Source: Planctomycetota bacterium (GTDB taxonomy: Bacteria; Planctomycetota; UBA1135; UBA2386). From it: a DNA stretch of 64,000 nt. This document shows positions 18,786 to 27,921 of this stretch, piece by piece. The notes under the pieces are model-generated. The model did no database searches. It was not told the DNA's origin and saw only the letters and a program-made list of their open reading frames with translations. The stretch's first letter is position 1, and each line of letters starts with the position of its first letter. Location of the stretch: NCBI GenBank assembly GCA_965223545.1, contig OZ245006.1, positions 7,360,001 to 7,424,000 on the forward strand, read 5' to 3'. Made by a program: the position numbers and the translations under genes.

Positions 18786-21700
18786 TCAGAGGCCGAGCGA
18801 CGAGAGCAGCCCGTTGCTCAAGCCGAAACCGCTACTGCCGGGGGGCGGCCCGAGCACGGTCTGCCAGACGACGCGCGCGCCGCGGAGCGCTGCGATCGCG
18901 GGGATGCGAACCGGTGCGGTCCAGCGCGACTGGGCCACCGGCTGGGACAGCACGATCGCAGCCGTCGCGCCGTCGAGGTGGGTCACACAACCGCGGCCGA
19001 GGCGGCGCGCTGTGCCCGGCAGGCTCAGCAGGACGACCGCCAGCGAGCCCGGCGCGGCGCCGCTGCCGCGCAGCTGCATGGTGCTGCCCAGGACCGGATC
19101 GCTGGCCGACAACCGCGCTCCCGCACCGGCGCCGCCGCACGGTTGGCCGAGCACCTGGTTTGCGGCGCCGGGATCCAGCGTGAACGGCTCGACGCCGGCC
19201 GATGGGTCGCGCGCGCTGAAGTGCAGGCGGCCGCCGAACAGCTGGAACGTGCCGCGCTGCTGGGCGCCATAGCCGAGCACCTGGCCCGGCGTTGTCACCG
19301 GTTGCGTGCCCGCCGGTGTGCCATCGGTGCGCCACACGTCCACGGCGGTCCGGAACCAGACGAAGCGCGAGCCGGTGGCGAAGAAGTCGGTCGGATCGCT
19401 GCCGCCCGAGCCGGGGATGAGATCTCCCAACGCGATCGTGCCCGCCGCGGTCCCGTCGGACAGCCACGGCTCCTGGCCGAGACCGTCGTCGGCGGAGAAC
19501 ACCAGTCCTGCATCGATGATCGCCGCCGATGGCGTCGTGCGACCGGCGCCGCCGAACGGTCGGATGGAGGACGTTCCAGCCACCGTGCCATCCGTGCGCC
19601 ACAGGTCGCCGTCGATCGTGAAGAAGACCAGGCCGTTCGCCGACGTGACCACCGAAGTCGTCGTCGCGCCGGTGCCGGGAACCGCGTCGACCAACCGCAC
19701 GGTGCCGCCGGGAGTACCGTCGGTGACCCAAGGCTCACGCCCCACGATGCCGTCGTCGGCGAAGAAGAACACGAAGCCGTCGCCCTCGGTCAGCCACGCG
19801 ACGTCGGAGCGCGGTGCACCGGGATAGATGTCCGCCAGCTGCACCGTGCCGGCGGCGGTGCCGTCGGTGACCCAGGGCTCGCGACCGGTGCTGCCGTCGT
19901 CGGCGACAAACACCATGCGGGCACCGACCACGGCGCCATAGCGCGCCGAGCTGTCGCCGTTGGGGTTGATGTCCGCCACCAGTCCGGTTCCGACGGCGGT
20001 GCCGTCGGTCGCCCACAGCTCCGTGCCGTGCGCTGCGGTGTGGCACCGGTAGAGGATCCGATCGCCGAGCCGACCGAGCTCGAACGGTTGCGACGATGCG
20101 CCGCCGGGCATCGCGTCCAGCAGCATGCGCGTTCCCGTTGTGGTCCCGTCGGTGGCCCACAGCTCTTCACCCGCATTGGGCGTCCTTGCGGTGAACAGTG
20201 CCACATCGCCGAGCGTCGCGTCGAAGTACAACGGCACCGACGAACCACCGGGGTCGAGGTCGCCGAGGATGCGGGTGCCCGCGCCGGTGCCGTCCGACAC
20301 CCAGGGCTCGCTGCCGTTCCGGGCCGTCGTCGCGCGAAACACGACGCGATCGCCGAGCAGCCGAAAGTCGAGCGGCGACCCGCTGGCGCTGCCGGGATCG
20401 AGATCACGCACCAGACGAGTTCCCGCCGTCGTGCCGTCAGTGGCCCACAGCTCGCGTCCGGCCGATGGTTCGGCCGCGGCGAAGAAGGCCAATCCGGTGG
20501 TGCCGATCAGGCCCGTCGGATTGGAGTTGCCGGTCAACCCCGGGATGACCGGCGTCGGATCCGCGAGCAGGGTGGTACCGGCCGAAGTCCCGTCCGTCCG
20601 CCACAGCTCGTAGCCGTTGAGGGGGTCGTTGGCGGTGAACGCGGCGGCGGTGCCGAGCGCGACCGCGCGGTCGGGATTGGACCCAGTCGGTCCCGGCCAC
20701 AGGTCGGCGAGCGGTCGCGCGCTGCCCGGCGTCCCGTCGGTCCACCAAGGCTCTCTGCCGATGGCCGGCGTCGTCGCGGCGAACAGGACGCCACCGGCCA
20801 GCGCCGCCAGCGGCTCGGCAAGGCTGCCGCCGCCACCCGGTACGAGATCCTCGAGCTGCCGGGTGCCGCCACTGGTTCCGTCGGAGACCCACAGCTCGCG
20901 GCCGCTGGTACCGTCGTCCGCGCTGAAATAGACCCGGTTGTCGGCGGCGACCAGCAGATCGTCGGGCTGGCTGCCGCCGCTGGGATTCAGGTCCGCCACG
21001 CGATAGGTCCCGGCAACACTGCCGTCGCTGCGCCACAGCTCCTCGTCACTGCCCTGTGCTCCGGCGGCGAAGAACAGCGCGCTGGCGGCGACGGTCAGCG
21101 AGCTGGGGTCGAGCAACCCCGAGGCGACGAAGTCGGGGTGCACGAGCGCGGTGCCCGCGGCGGTGCCGTCACTGCGCCACAGCGAGAAGCCCCTGCCGTC
21201 GTGCGCGCGGAAGAACGCGAGCCCGCCGAACCGCACGAACTCGGTCGGCGCTGAGTTGAGGGGGCCGGCGCGCAGGTCGCCGACCAGCTGGGTACCGCTC
21301 GAGGTGCCATCGGTCCGCCACAGCTCCGAACCGATGCCGGCCGCTCTGGCGGCGATCAGCGCGATGCCGCCGAGATCCAGGATCTGCGTCCAGCGACTGT
21401 ACGAGCTCGGGCTGCCCGGGTTGATGTCCTGCACCAGCGACGTCCCCGTCGCCGTGCCGTCGCTGCGCCAGAGCTCGCTGCCGGTGGCACCGTCGTCGGC
21501 GTAGAACAGGAGCAACGAGCCGAACGCTGCCAGCGCCTTCGGCGACGAGCTGCCGCGCGCGTTGATGTCGCGCACCAAGCGCGTGCCCGCCGCCGTGCCG
21601 TCGGTGACCCAGAGTTCGAGACCGGCAGTGACGTCGTGGGCGGCGAAGAACAGCAGATTGCCGACCACCGTGAGCTGGCTCGGGAACGACGACACCGGGC

Positions 21701-21941
21701 CCGGAAAGATGTCGTCCACCAAGCGCACCGGACCGCCGGCGAGGGGGACGGCGAACAGCTCGTTGCCCTCGGCCGGAGTCGTCGCCGAGAACACGAGCTC
21801 TTGGCCGAGCACGACGCGCTCACCGGGAAACGACGATGGCGAAGGCAGCGGCTGTTGGTTGATGTCGGTGAGAAGAGTGGGCGGCTGCTGTGCCGTCAAA
21901 GAGACGGTGAGCATCGCCAGCGCGCAAAAGGAAGCGTTCAC
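18786..21941 (-). CDS. Secreted ELWxxDGT repeat protein
   Basis: Many G-x-E-[LP]-W-x-[ST]-D-G-T repeats, GTG start with GGAG RBS, signal peptide and the shared C-terminal domain. Confidence 0.92.
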   Translation of the reverse strand: MNASFCALAMLTVSLTAQQPPTLLTDINQQPLPSPSSFPGERVVLGQELVFSATTPAEGNELFAVPLAGGPVRLVDDIFPGPVSSFPSQLTVVGNLLFFAAHDVTAGLELWVTDGTAAGTRLVRDINARGSSSPKALAAFGSLLLFYADDGATGSELWRSDGTATGTSLVQDINPGSPSSYSRWTQILDLGGIALIAARAAGIGSELWRTDGTSSGTQLVGDLRAGPLNSAPTEFVRFGGLAFFRAHDGRGFSLWRSDGTAAGTALVHPDFVASGLLDPSSLTVAASALFFAAGAQGSDEELWRSDGSVAGTYRVADLNPSGGSQPDDLLVAADNRVYFSADDGTSGRELWVSDGTSGGTRQLEDLVPGGGGSLAEPLAALAGGVLFAATTPAIGREPWWTDGTPGSARPLADLWPGPTGSNPDRAVALGTAAAFTANDPLNGYELWRTDGTSAGTTLLADPTPVIPGLTGNSNPTGLIGTTGLAFFAAAEPSAGRELWATDGTTAGTRLVRDLDPGSASGSPLDFRLLGDRVVFRATTARNGSEPWVSDGTGAGTRILGDLDPGGSSVPLYFDATLGDVALFTARTPNAGEELWATDGTTTGTRMLLDAMPGGASSQPFELGRLGDRILYRCHTAAHGTELWATDGTAVGTGLVADINPNGDSSARYGAVVGARMVFVADDGSTGREPWVTDGTAAGTVQLADIYPGAPRSDVAWLTEGDGFVFFFADDGIVGREPWVTDGTPGGTVRLVDAVPGTGATTTSVVTSANGLVFFTIDGDLWRTDGTVAGTSSIRPFGGAGRTTPSAAIIDAGLVFSADDGLGQEPWLSDGTAAGTIALGDLIPGSGGSDPTDFFATGSRFVWFRTAVDVWRTDGTPAGTQPVTTPGQVLGYGAQQRGTFQLFGGRLHFSARDPSAGVEPFTLDPGAANQVLGQPCGGAGAGARLSASDPVLGSTMQLRGSGAAPGSLAVVLLSLPGTARRLGRGCVTHLDGATAAIVLSQPVAQSRWTAPVRIPAIAALRGARVVWQTVLGPPPGSSGFGLSNGLLSSLGL

Positions 21942-22110
21942 TTGGACTCCTCGGGCTTTGCTCGCGCCACTGTAGCGTCACCTTCGCCGTGCTGCGATCC
22001 GGTCCGCGGTGCGCTGCAACGAGCATCAAATGCCGGGCACGTTGCAGAGATTCTCCGTAACATCACCGCGCCGACCGCGTCGCCGCCGATTCCTGCCGCG
22101 CTGTCAAACC

Positions 22111-23760
22111 ATGACCATGAATGCCGCCGAGCTCTTCGTCCGTTGTCTCGAGGCCGAGGGCGTAGAAGTCATCTTCGGTCTCCCCGGCGAGGAGAACGCG
22201 CACTTCGCCATGGCGCTCGCCGACAGCCCGATCCGCTTCGTGCTCACGCGCCACGAGCAGGGGGCGGCGTTCATGGCCGACGTCTACGGGCGTCTGACGG
22301 GTAAGCCAGGGGTTTGTCTGGGCACGCTGGGCCCCGGCGCCACCAACCTGATCACCGGCGTCGCCAACGCCAACATGGACCGCGCTCCGCTGGTGGTGAT
22401 CACCGGGCAGGCTGCGGTGCAGCGACAGCACAAGGAGAGCCACCAGGCGATGGACGTGGTCGGCATGTTCGCACCGGTGACGAAGTGGGCGACGCCGATC
22501 CTGGATCCAGAAGTGATTCCCGAGGTGGTCGCCAAGGCCTTCAAGCTCGCCGCCGCGGAGAAGCCCGGGGCGTGCCACATCGAGCTCGCCGAGAACATCG
22601 CCGCACTGCCGGTCGACGCCGCGCCGGCGCCGAGTTCCCGCGTGCGCCGGCCCGTGCCGGACGAGCAGGTGATCGGCGAGGCCGTCGACCGGATCCGCGC
22701 GGCGCGGCGGCCGGTCATTCTCGCCGGCAACGGCTGCATCCGGCGCCGGGCGAGCGATCAGCTGCGCCGCTTGGTCGAGGCCACCGGCATCGGGGCGATG
22801 TGCACGTTCATGGGCAAGGGCTCGGTTTCGCGGGAGTCCGAGCAGTGCCTGTTCACGATCGGTCTGCAGGCCAAGGACGTCGTCGCCTGCGCGATCGACG
22901 CCGCCGATCTGGTGATCGCCATCGGCTACGACCTGGTCGAGTATCCGCCCAAGCTGTGGAACCGCGATGCCGACAAGGACATCGTGCACGTCGACTTCGC
23001 GCCGGCCGAGGTCGACCACCACTACCGGCCGTCGATCGAGGTGGTCGGCGACATCGCCCACGCGCTATGGATGCTCAACGAGCGCTGCCCGCGCCTCGAC
23101 CTCTCCGGCTTCGAGCAGCAGCACGCCGTGCGGGCGACGATGCTCGCCGAGTTCGCCGCGCACCGCGACGATGACGGCGACGGGCCGATCCGCCCGCAGA
23201 AGGCGCTCTGGGATCTACGCACCGCCCTCGGACCCGAGGACCTCCTGCTGTCGGACGTCGGCGCACACAAGATGTGGGTGGCGCGCTACTACCAATGTGA
23301 TGAGCCCAACACGTGCTTGATCCCCAACGGCTTCTGCGCCATGGGGTTCGCGGTCCCCGGCGCGATCGCCGCCAAGCTGGTCCACCCGCAGCGCCGCGTC
23401 GCCGCGGTGTGCGGCGACGGGGGCTTTCTGATGAACGTGCAGGAGCTCGAGACCGCTGTGCGGCTGGGAGTGGACCCGGTGTTCGTCGTCTGGGAAGACC
23501 ACGAGTACGGGCTGATCGCTTGGAAGCAGGACAACGAGTTCGGCCGGCACACCGACCTTTCGTTCGGCAACCCGGACTTCGTCGCCCTGGCGGAGGCGTT
23601 CGGCTGTCTCGGGCTGCGCGTCGAACGGCCCGCCGAGCTGGCCCCGGCACTGGAGACCGCGTTCGCCGCCGGGCGGCCGGCGGTCGTCGTCGTACCCATC
23701 GATTACCGGGAGAACGCTCTCCTCACCGCTCGCCTCGGCGAGATCGCTTGCCCCATCTGA
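22111..23760 (+). CDS. ThDP-dependent acetolactate-synthase-like enzyme (probable 2-oxoglutarate decarboxylase type)
   Basis: FGLPGEEN, RHEQGAAFMAD, TLGPGATN and the ThDP motif GDGGFLMN. No regulatory small subunit gene adjacent. Confidence 0.85.
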   Translation: MTMNAAELFVRCLEAEGVEVIFGLPGEENAHFAMALADSPIRFVLTRHEQGAAFMADVYGRLTGKPGVCLGTLGPGATNLITGVANANMDRAPLVVITGQAAVQRQHKESHQAMDVVGMFAPVTKWATPILDPEVIPEVVAKAFKLAAAEKPGACHIELAENIAALPVDAAPAPSSRVRRPVPDEQVIGEAVDRIRAARRPVILAGNGCIRRRASDQLRRLVEATGIGAMCTFMGKGSVSRESEQCLFTIGLQAKDVVACAIDAADLVIAIGYDLVEYPPKLWNRDADKDIVHVDFAPAEVDHHYRPSIEVVGDIAHALWMLNERCPRLDLSGFEQQHAVRATMLAEFAAHRDDDGDGPIRPQKALWDLRTALGPEDLLLSDVGAHKMWVARYYQCDEPNTCLIPNGFCAMGFAVPGAIAAKLVHPQRRVAAVCGDGGFLMNVQELETAVRLGVDPVFVVWEDHEYGLIAWKQDNEFGRHTDLSFGNPDFVALAEAFGCLGLRVERPAELAPALETAFAAGRPAVVVVPIDYRENALLTARLGEIACPI

Positions 23761-23763
23761 GCC

Positions 23764-25197
23764 GTGTTGCAGTCCCGCTATCCGTACTATCTCGCCAACC
23801 GCGCCCACACTCCCAACACCGATCTGGAGGTGACCGACAAGTTCTCCGGCGAGGTGGCAACCCGCGCGGCGATGGCCGACGGCGCGGCGATCGACGCGGC
23901 CATCGCCGCTGCAGTCGACGCCGCCGCGGCGATGCGCAGGATGAAGCCGTACGAGCGGCAAGCCGTGCTCGAGCACTGCGTCGAGCGGTTCGTGGAGCGC
24001 CGGGAAGAGCTGGCGTCGGCGTTGTGTGTCGAGGCCGGCAAGCCGATCCGCGACGCCCGCGGCGAAGTCGCCCGGCTGATCGACACGTTCAAAGTCGCCG
24101 CCGGCGAGTCGGTGCGCGAGACCGGTGAGGTCATGACCCTCGAGATCTCGGCCCGCGCCCGGGGCTACCGCGGAATGTGGAAGCGCGTGCCGATCGGGCC
24201 GTGCTCGTTCATCAGCCCGTTCAACTTTCCACTCAACCTGGTGGCGCACAAGGTGGCGCCGGCGCTGGCAGTCGGCTGTCCCTTCGTGCTCAAGCCGGCC
24301 AGTCTGACGCCGGTGGGAGCGCTGATCATCGGCGAGGTGTTGGCCGAGACCGATCTACCCGAGGGCGCGTTCTCGATCTTGCCGTGCCGGCGAGACGCGG
24401 CGGCGCCATTCACCGAGGACCCGCGACTCAAGCTGCTCAGCTTCACCGGATCGCCACAGGTCGGCTGGGACCTGAAGGCGCGCGCCGGCAAGAAGAAGGT
24501 CGTGCTCGAGCTGGGTGGCAACGCCGCCTGCGTCGTCGACCGGGACGCCGACCTCGAGGACGCGGTCGAGCGCTTGGTGGTCGGCGCCTTCTACCAATCT
24601 GGGCAGAGCTGCATCGGTGTACAGCGAATCCTCGCGCACGAGGAGATCTACGACGAGCTCGAGGAACGGCTGGTGTCCGCCACCCGAGAGCTGGTCGCCG
24701 GGGATCCAAAGGACGAGGCGACGTTTCTGGGGCCGATGATCAGCGAGAAGGAAGCAGAACGGTTGGCGGGATGGATCGCGGAGGCGGTGGACCGCGGCGC
24801 GACCCTGCTGTGCGGTGGCGGACGGGACGGCGCCATGTTGGAGGCGACCTTGCTGCGCGACGTTCCGGCGGAGCTCGACGTGGTGTGCAAGGAGGCGTTC
24901 GGCCCGGTGGCCGTGCTGTCGCGCTTCACCGACTTCGATGCTGCTCTGGCGCAGGTCAACGACAGTGCGTTCGGCCTGCAAGCCGGCGTGTTCACCCGCG
25001 ACTTGTACAAGATGCACCGGGCCTGGGACGAGCTGGAGGTCGGCGGCGTGATCGTCGGCGACGTGCCGTCGTGGCGGGTCGACAACATGCCGTACGGAGG
25101 CGTCAAGGACAGTGGCCTGGGGCGCGAGGGCGTGCGCTTTGCCATGGACGACATGACCGAGCCGCGGCTGTTGGTCGTGCGCGAGCCGGGCGGGTAG
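23764..25197 (+). CDS. Aldehyde dehydrogenase (ALDH21-like; possible succinate-semialdehyde dehydrogenase)
   Basis: SPFNFPL, FTGS, LELGGN, catalytic GQSC, EAFGP and MPYGGVKDSG. Starts 3 nt after the upstream gene. Confidence 0.9.
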   Translation: MLQSRYPYYLANRAHTPNTDLEVTDKFSGEVATRAAMADGAAIDAAIAAAVDAAAAMRRMKPYERQAVLEHCVERFVERREELASALCVEAGKPIRDARGEVARLIDTFKVAAGESVRETGEVMTLEISARARGYRGMWKRVPIGPCSFISPFNFPLNLVAHKVAPALAVGCPFVLKPASLTPVGALIIGEVLAETDLPEGAFSILPCRRDAAAPFTEDPRLKLLSFTGSPQVGWDLKARAGKKKVVLELGGNAACVVDRDADLEDAVERLVVGAFYQSGQSCIGVQRILAHEEIYDELEERLVSATRELVAGDPKDEATFLGPMISEKEAERLAGWIAEAVDRGATLLCGGGRDGAMLEATLLRDVPAELDVVCKEAFGPVAVLSRFTDFDAALAQVNDSAFGLQAGVFTRDLYKMHRAWDELEVGGVIVGDVPSWRVDNMPYGGVKDSGLGREGVRFAMDDMTEPRLLVVREPGG

Positions 25198-25216
25198 ATC
25201 CCGCTGCTACGGCGCG

Positions 25217-26611
25217 TCAGCGTTGCCGCGGGTCGAGAAACCACGCCTGCACGGCGGGCGACTCGGCGTCGATGAAGGCGTAGCGCTCTTCGAACCACGC
25301 CGCGATCTCGGGACGGGCGCGGGTGAGGGCGTCGCGGGCCGTCGCCGTCATGCAGAGGCGCATGCCGCGCTCCTCGAGAAAGCCGAGAGTTGCGATCAAT
25401 CGCGCCTCGACCTCGGCGTTGGTCGTCACCGACTGCGTCACCTGGTGCATGTTGAACACCGGCACGTGCGGTGCGGTGCGAATCAAGTCGTCGCACTCCG
25501 CCGCGCTGCCGATGGCGAACAGGGTCGGTCGGTCGCCGGCGAGCTCGAGGAAGACCGAGGCCGGGATCTCCTCGTCCCGATGGTCGTGTTGCCAGATCAG
25601 CCCCAGCCCGAGCACGAAGCCGACGGCCGCCAGGGCGGCCAGGGCGCGGGGCCGCAGCGCCTCGGTTGCGAGCAGGGCCAGCGGCAACGCCAACGGCAAG
25701 ATGTACGTGCCGCGCTCCCAGAGGGCGGGCAGCAGGATGTAGGACAGGGTGACGTAGCCGAGCGCCAGCGCGTTGACGGCCAGCGCGTTGACGCGGTGTC
25801 GCGCGTCGCCGAGCAGCCAGAGGACGAGTAGCGACGCCGGCGCGTAGGGCAGCAGATACTCCCGCGCCGCGCACACGAACGCGATCCACCAAGGCGCGAA
25901 GTTGAAGGCGAGCACTGCCGCCGCCGAATCGCTCGGGCTGGGCGTCAGCGCGGGTCCGAGCTGCAGCTTGGTGACGGCGAAGGCGATCCCGTGACCGGCG
26001 GCGAACGCCGCGCAGTGGAGCGTGCGCTTTTCTGTGAAGCGGGGCCACCAGGTGAGGATCAACACCGGCACGCAGAGGTGGCCGGTGGAGTGCACCATCG
26101 CACCGATGGCGGTGCACACGCCCGCGCCGCTGCTCTTCCAAAGGGCGGGTCGGACCGAACAGGAGGCCAGCGCCCAGAACGCGAACCCCGTGCAGCCGAG
26201 CAGCAGGGCCGGTGCCTCGACGACGGTGGCAAAGAACAGCACGGCCGGAGTCGCCGCGAGCAGCGCCGCGCCGGCGAGGCAGCGCCCTCGCCCGAGCGCG
26301 CGGGCGCTCAGGCCGGCGTGGAAGCACCAGGCCGCGATGGCGGTCGCCACTGCCGATCCGGCCTCGAGGCTCTTGAACCACGACGCACCGAGCCAGCGCG
26401 CGGGCGCCCCCAGCGCAACCGCAAGATCGGCATACCACGGGTGCAGGACCGACGCGACGTCGCCGCGCGCGCTGTTCTGCACGAAGGCCCGCGCGTCCTC
26501 GTTGACGAAGCTCTCCTGCAGCAAGAGCAAGTAGGCGATCAGTGCGATGGCACTGAGCAGGATCCCGTCGAGCCAGGAGCGGCGCGCGGCGACGGCGGCA
26601 GGAGTCGGCAT
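25217..26611 (-). CDS. Polytopic membrane protein, possibly GT-C glycosyltransferase-like
   Basis: Roughly ten hydrophobic segments with an acidic first loop (ESFVNED). The family assignment is inference. Confidence 0.55.
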   Translation of the reverse strand: MPTPAAVAARRSWLDGILLSAIALIAYLLLLQESFVNEDARAFVQNSARGDVASVLHPWYADLAVALGAPARWLGASWFKSLEAGSAVATAIAAWCFHAGLSARALGRGRCLAGAALLAATPAVLFFATVVEAPALLLGCTGFAFWALASCSVRPALWKSSGAGVCTAIGAMVHSTGHLCVPVLILTWWPRFTEKRTLHCAAFAAGHGIAFAVTKLQLGPALTPSPSDSAAAVLAFNFAPWWIAFVCAAREYLLPYAPASLLVLWLLGDARHRVNALAVNALALGYVTLSYILLPALWERGTYILPLALPLALLATEALRPRALAALAAVGFVLGLGLIWQHDHRDEEIPASVFLELAGDRPTLFAIGSAAECDDLIRTAPHVPVFNMHQVTQSVTTNAEVEARLIATLGFLEERGMRLCMTATARDALTRARPEIAAWFEERYAFIDAESPAVQAWFLDPRQR

Positions 26612-26723
26612 GCGTGGCCGGCAGAGGATAGCAGCACGCCGGGTCGCAACGATCCGTGGTTTCCGCGTAACACCGTGGTGGCAAACGCGCCCATAAGGCC
26701 TGAGACCTCATGTGGAGCGCGCC

Positions 26724-27890
26724 ATGAGAACTGCTAGCCAAGTTCGTCAGATGCCACTTGCCCTGGTTCTCGCCAGTGCGCCCGTGGTGGCCCAGCAGAC
26801 TTGGGTCGTCGACGCGGCGGGCGGGCCGGGGGCCAACTTCACGGATGTCCCGCCGGCGGTGGCCGCGGCCGCGCCGGGGGACACGCTGCTGATTCGCAGC
26901 GGCACCTATACGCCCCCGATCGCCATCTCCAAGGGACTCACGCTTTCGCCCGAGAGCAGCGGTGATGTCGCGGTGTTCTCGCCGGCGACGCTCGACATCG
27001 CGGGCTTGCCGATGGGGCAGCGGTGCGCGCTCAAGTCGCTGCACGGCGTGGGCGGAAACCCGCTTCTGTTGCGCTGTGCAGACAATCTCGGTTCAGTACA
27101 CGTTGAAGACTTGCGGTGGTTCCGGCCGTGGATCAATCGCTGCAGTCAGGTGACGCTGGCCTCCTGCCGCGGTCCGACGGGCTACATCAAGGACAGCGTC
27201 GTGTCGATCAGCACCAGCGAGTTCATCGGTGGTGTGGGTGTCTACGGAATGGGAGCTAGCCCTGGGCTCTACATCGAGAATTCGCGCCTCACTCTGCAGG
27301 AGACGGATGCGCAGGGCGAAGACTGCATTTCCTACTGCTACTCCTACTGCTGCAGGGCCGCCCCGGGAGTGTTCCTGCGAAACAGCGAGGTCCTGCTCAT
27401 CGGGGGAGTCCTGCGCGGCGGAACCGCCTACCATCTTTTCTATGGTTCGTTTCGTACTTGGTCTGCAAACGGAACTGGCACGCTGACGAACTCCGGCGGT
27501 GCGTTGCCGGACGGGACCCTTGGCGTCCAGTTGCGCGCCGCGAGCGTTGCCAGTCTGAGTGCGCGCGTGGGGCGTCCGGCCGGCACCTTGACCACGACCT
27601 TGGCCGTTGCTCCGAACGCACCGGTCGCGTTGTTGGCGAGCTTGCCGCGCGCTGGAGGACCGATCCCGTTCGGGGCGGTGTCGGGGTGGCCCGGCGTCTG
27701 GATCGATGAGCTGGCTTTCCTCGTGCTGTTTCAGGGCATGGCGCCATCAGCTGGCCCGCTGACCCGAACGTATTCACTGTCGAAGCCACCGGAGATCTAC
27801 AACATCCCGCTCATGCTGCAGGCCGTCTACCTGGACCCCGGGGTGCAGCTCTCCAACGGAGTCGCGGTCGTGCTGGCGCCGGCGTCGTAG
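26724..27890 (+). CDS. Secreted hypothetical protein (beta-helix-like) with the shared C-terminal domain
   Basis: Signal peptide, QTWVVDAAGGPGANFTD...GDTLLIRSGTY N-terminus, and C-terminal LQAVYLDPGVQLSNG. Confidence 0.7.
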   Translation: MRTASQVRQMPLALVLASAPVVAQQTWVVDAAGGPGANFTDVPPAVAAAAPGDTLLIRSGTYTPPIAISKGLTLSPESSGDVAVFSPATLDIAGLPMGQRCALKSLHGVGGNPLLLRCADNLGSVHVEDLRWFRPWINRCSQVTLASCRGPTGYIKDSVVSISTSEFIGGVGVYGMGASPGLYIENSRLTLQETDAQGEDCISYCYSYCCRAAPGVFLRNSEVLLIGGVLRGGTAYHLFYGSFRTWSANGTGTLTNSGGALPDGTLGVQLRAASVASLSARVGRPAGTLTTTLAVAPNAPVALLASLPRAGGPIPFGAVSGWPGVWIDELAFLVLFQGMAPSAGPLTRTYSLSKPPEIYNIPLMLQAVYLDPGVQLSNGVAVVLAPAS

Positions 27891-27921
27891 CGTGCAGAAG
27901 CGACCCTGCGCGCCCCGCGAA

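Noticed and set aside
8100..21800. Recurrent GACGGCGACGGCGACCTCGA-like and TGG..GACGGCAC repeats as a CRISPR or DNA repeat array
   Set aside because: Degenerate, in-frame and explained by VCBS and ELWxxDGT protein repeats; no fixed repeat-spacer structure and no cas genes.
1250..21941. Horizontally acquired island (visually slightly more A/T at third codon positions)
   Set aside because: Cannot be quantified by eye; no integrase, tRNA or flanking direct repeats seen.
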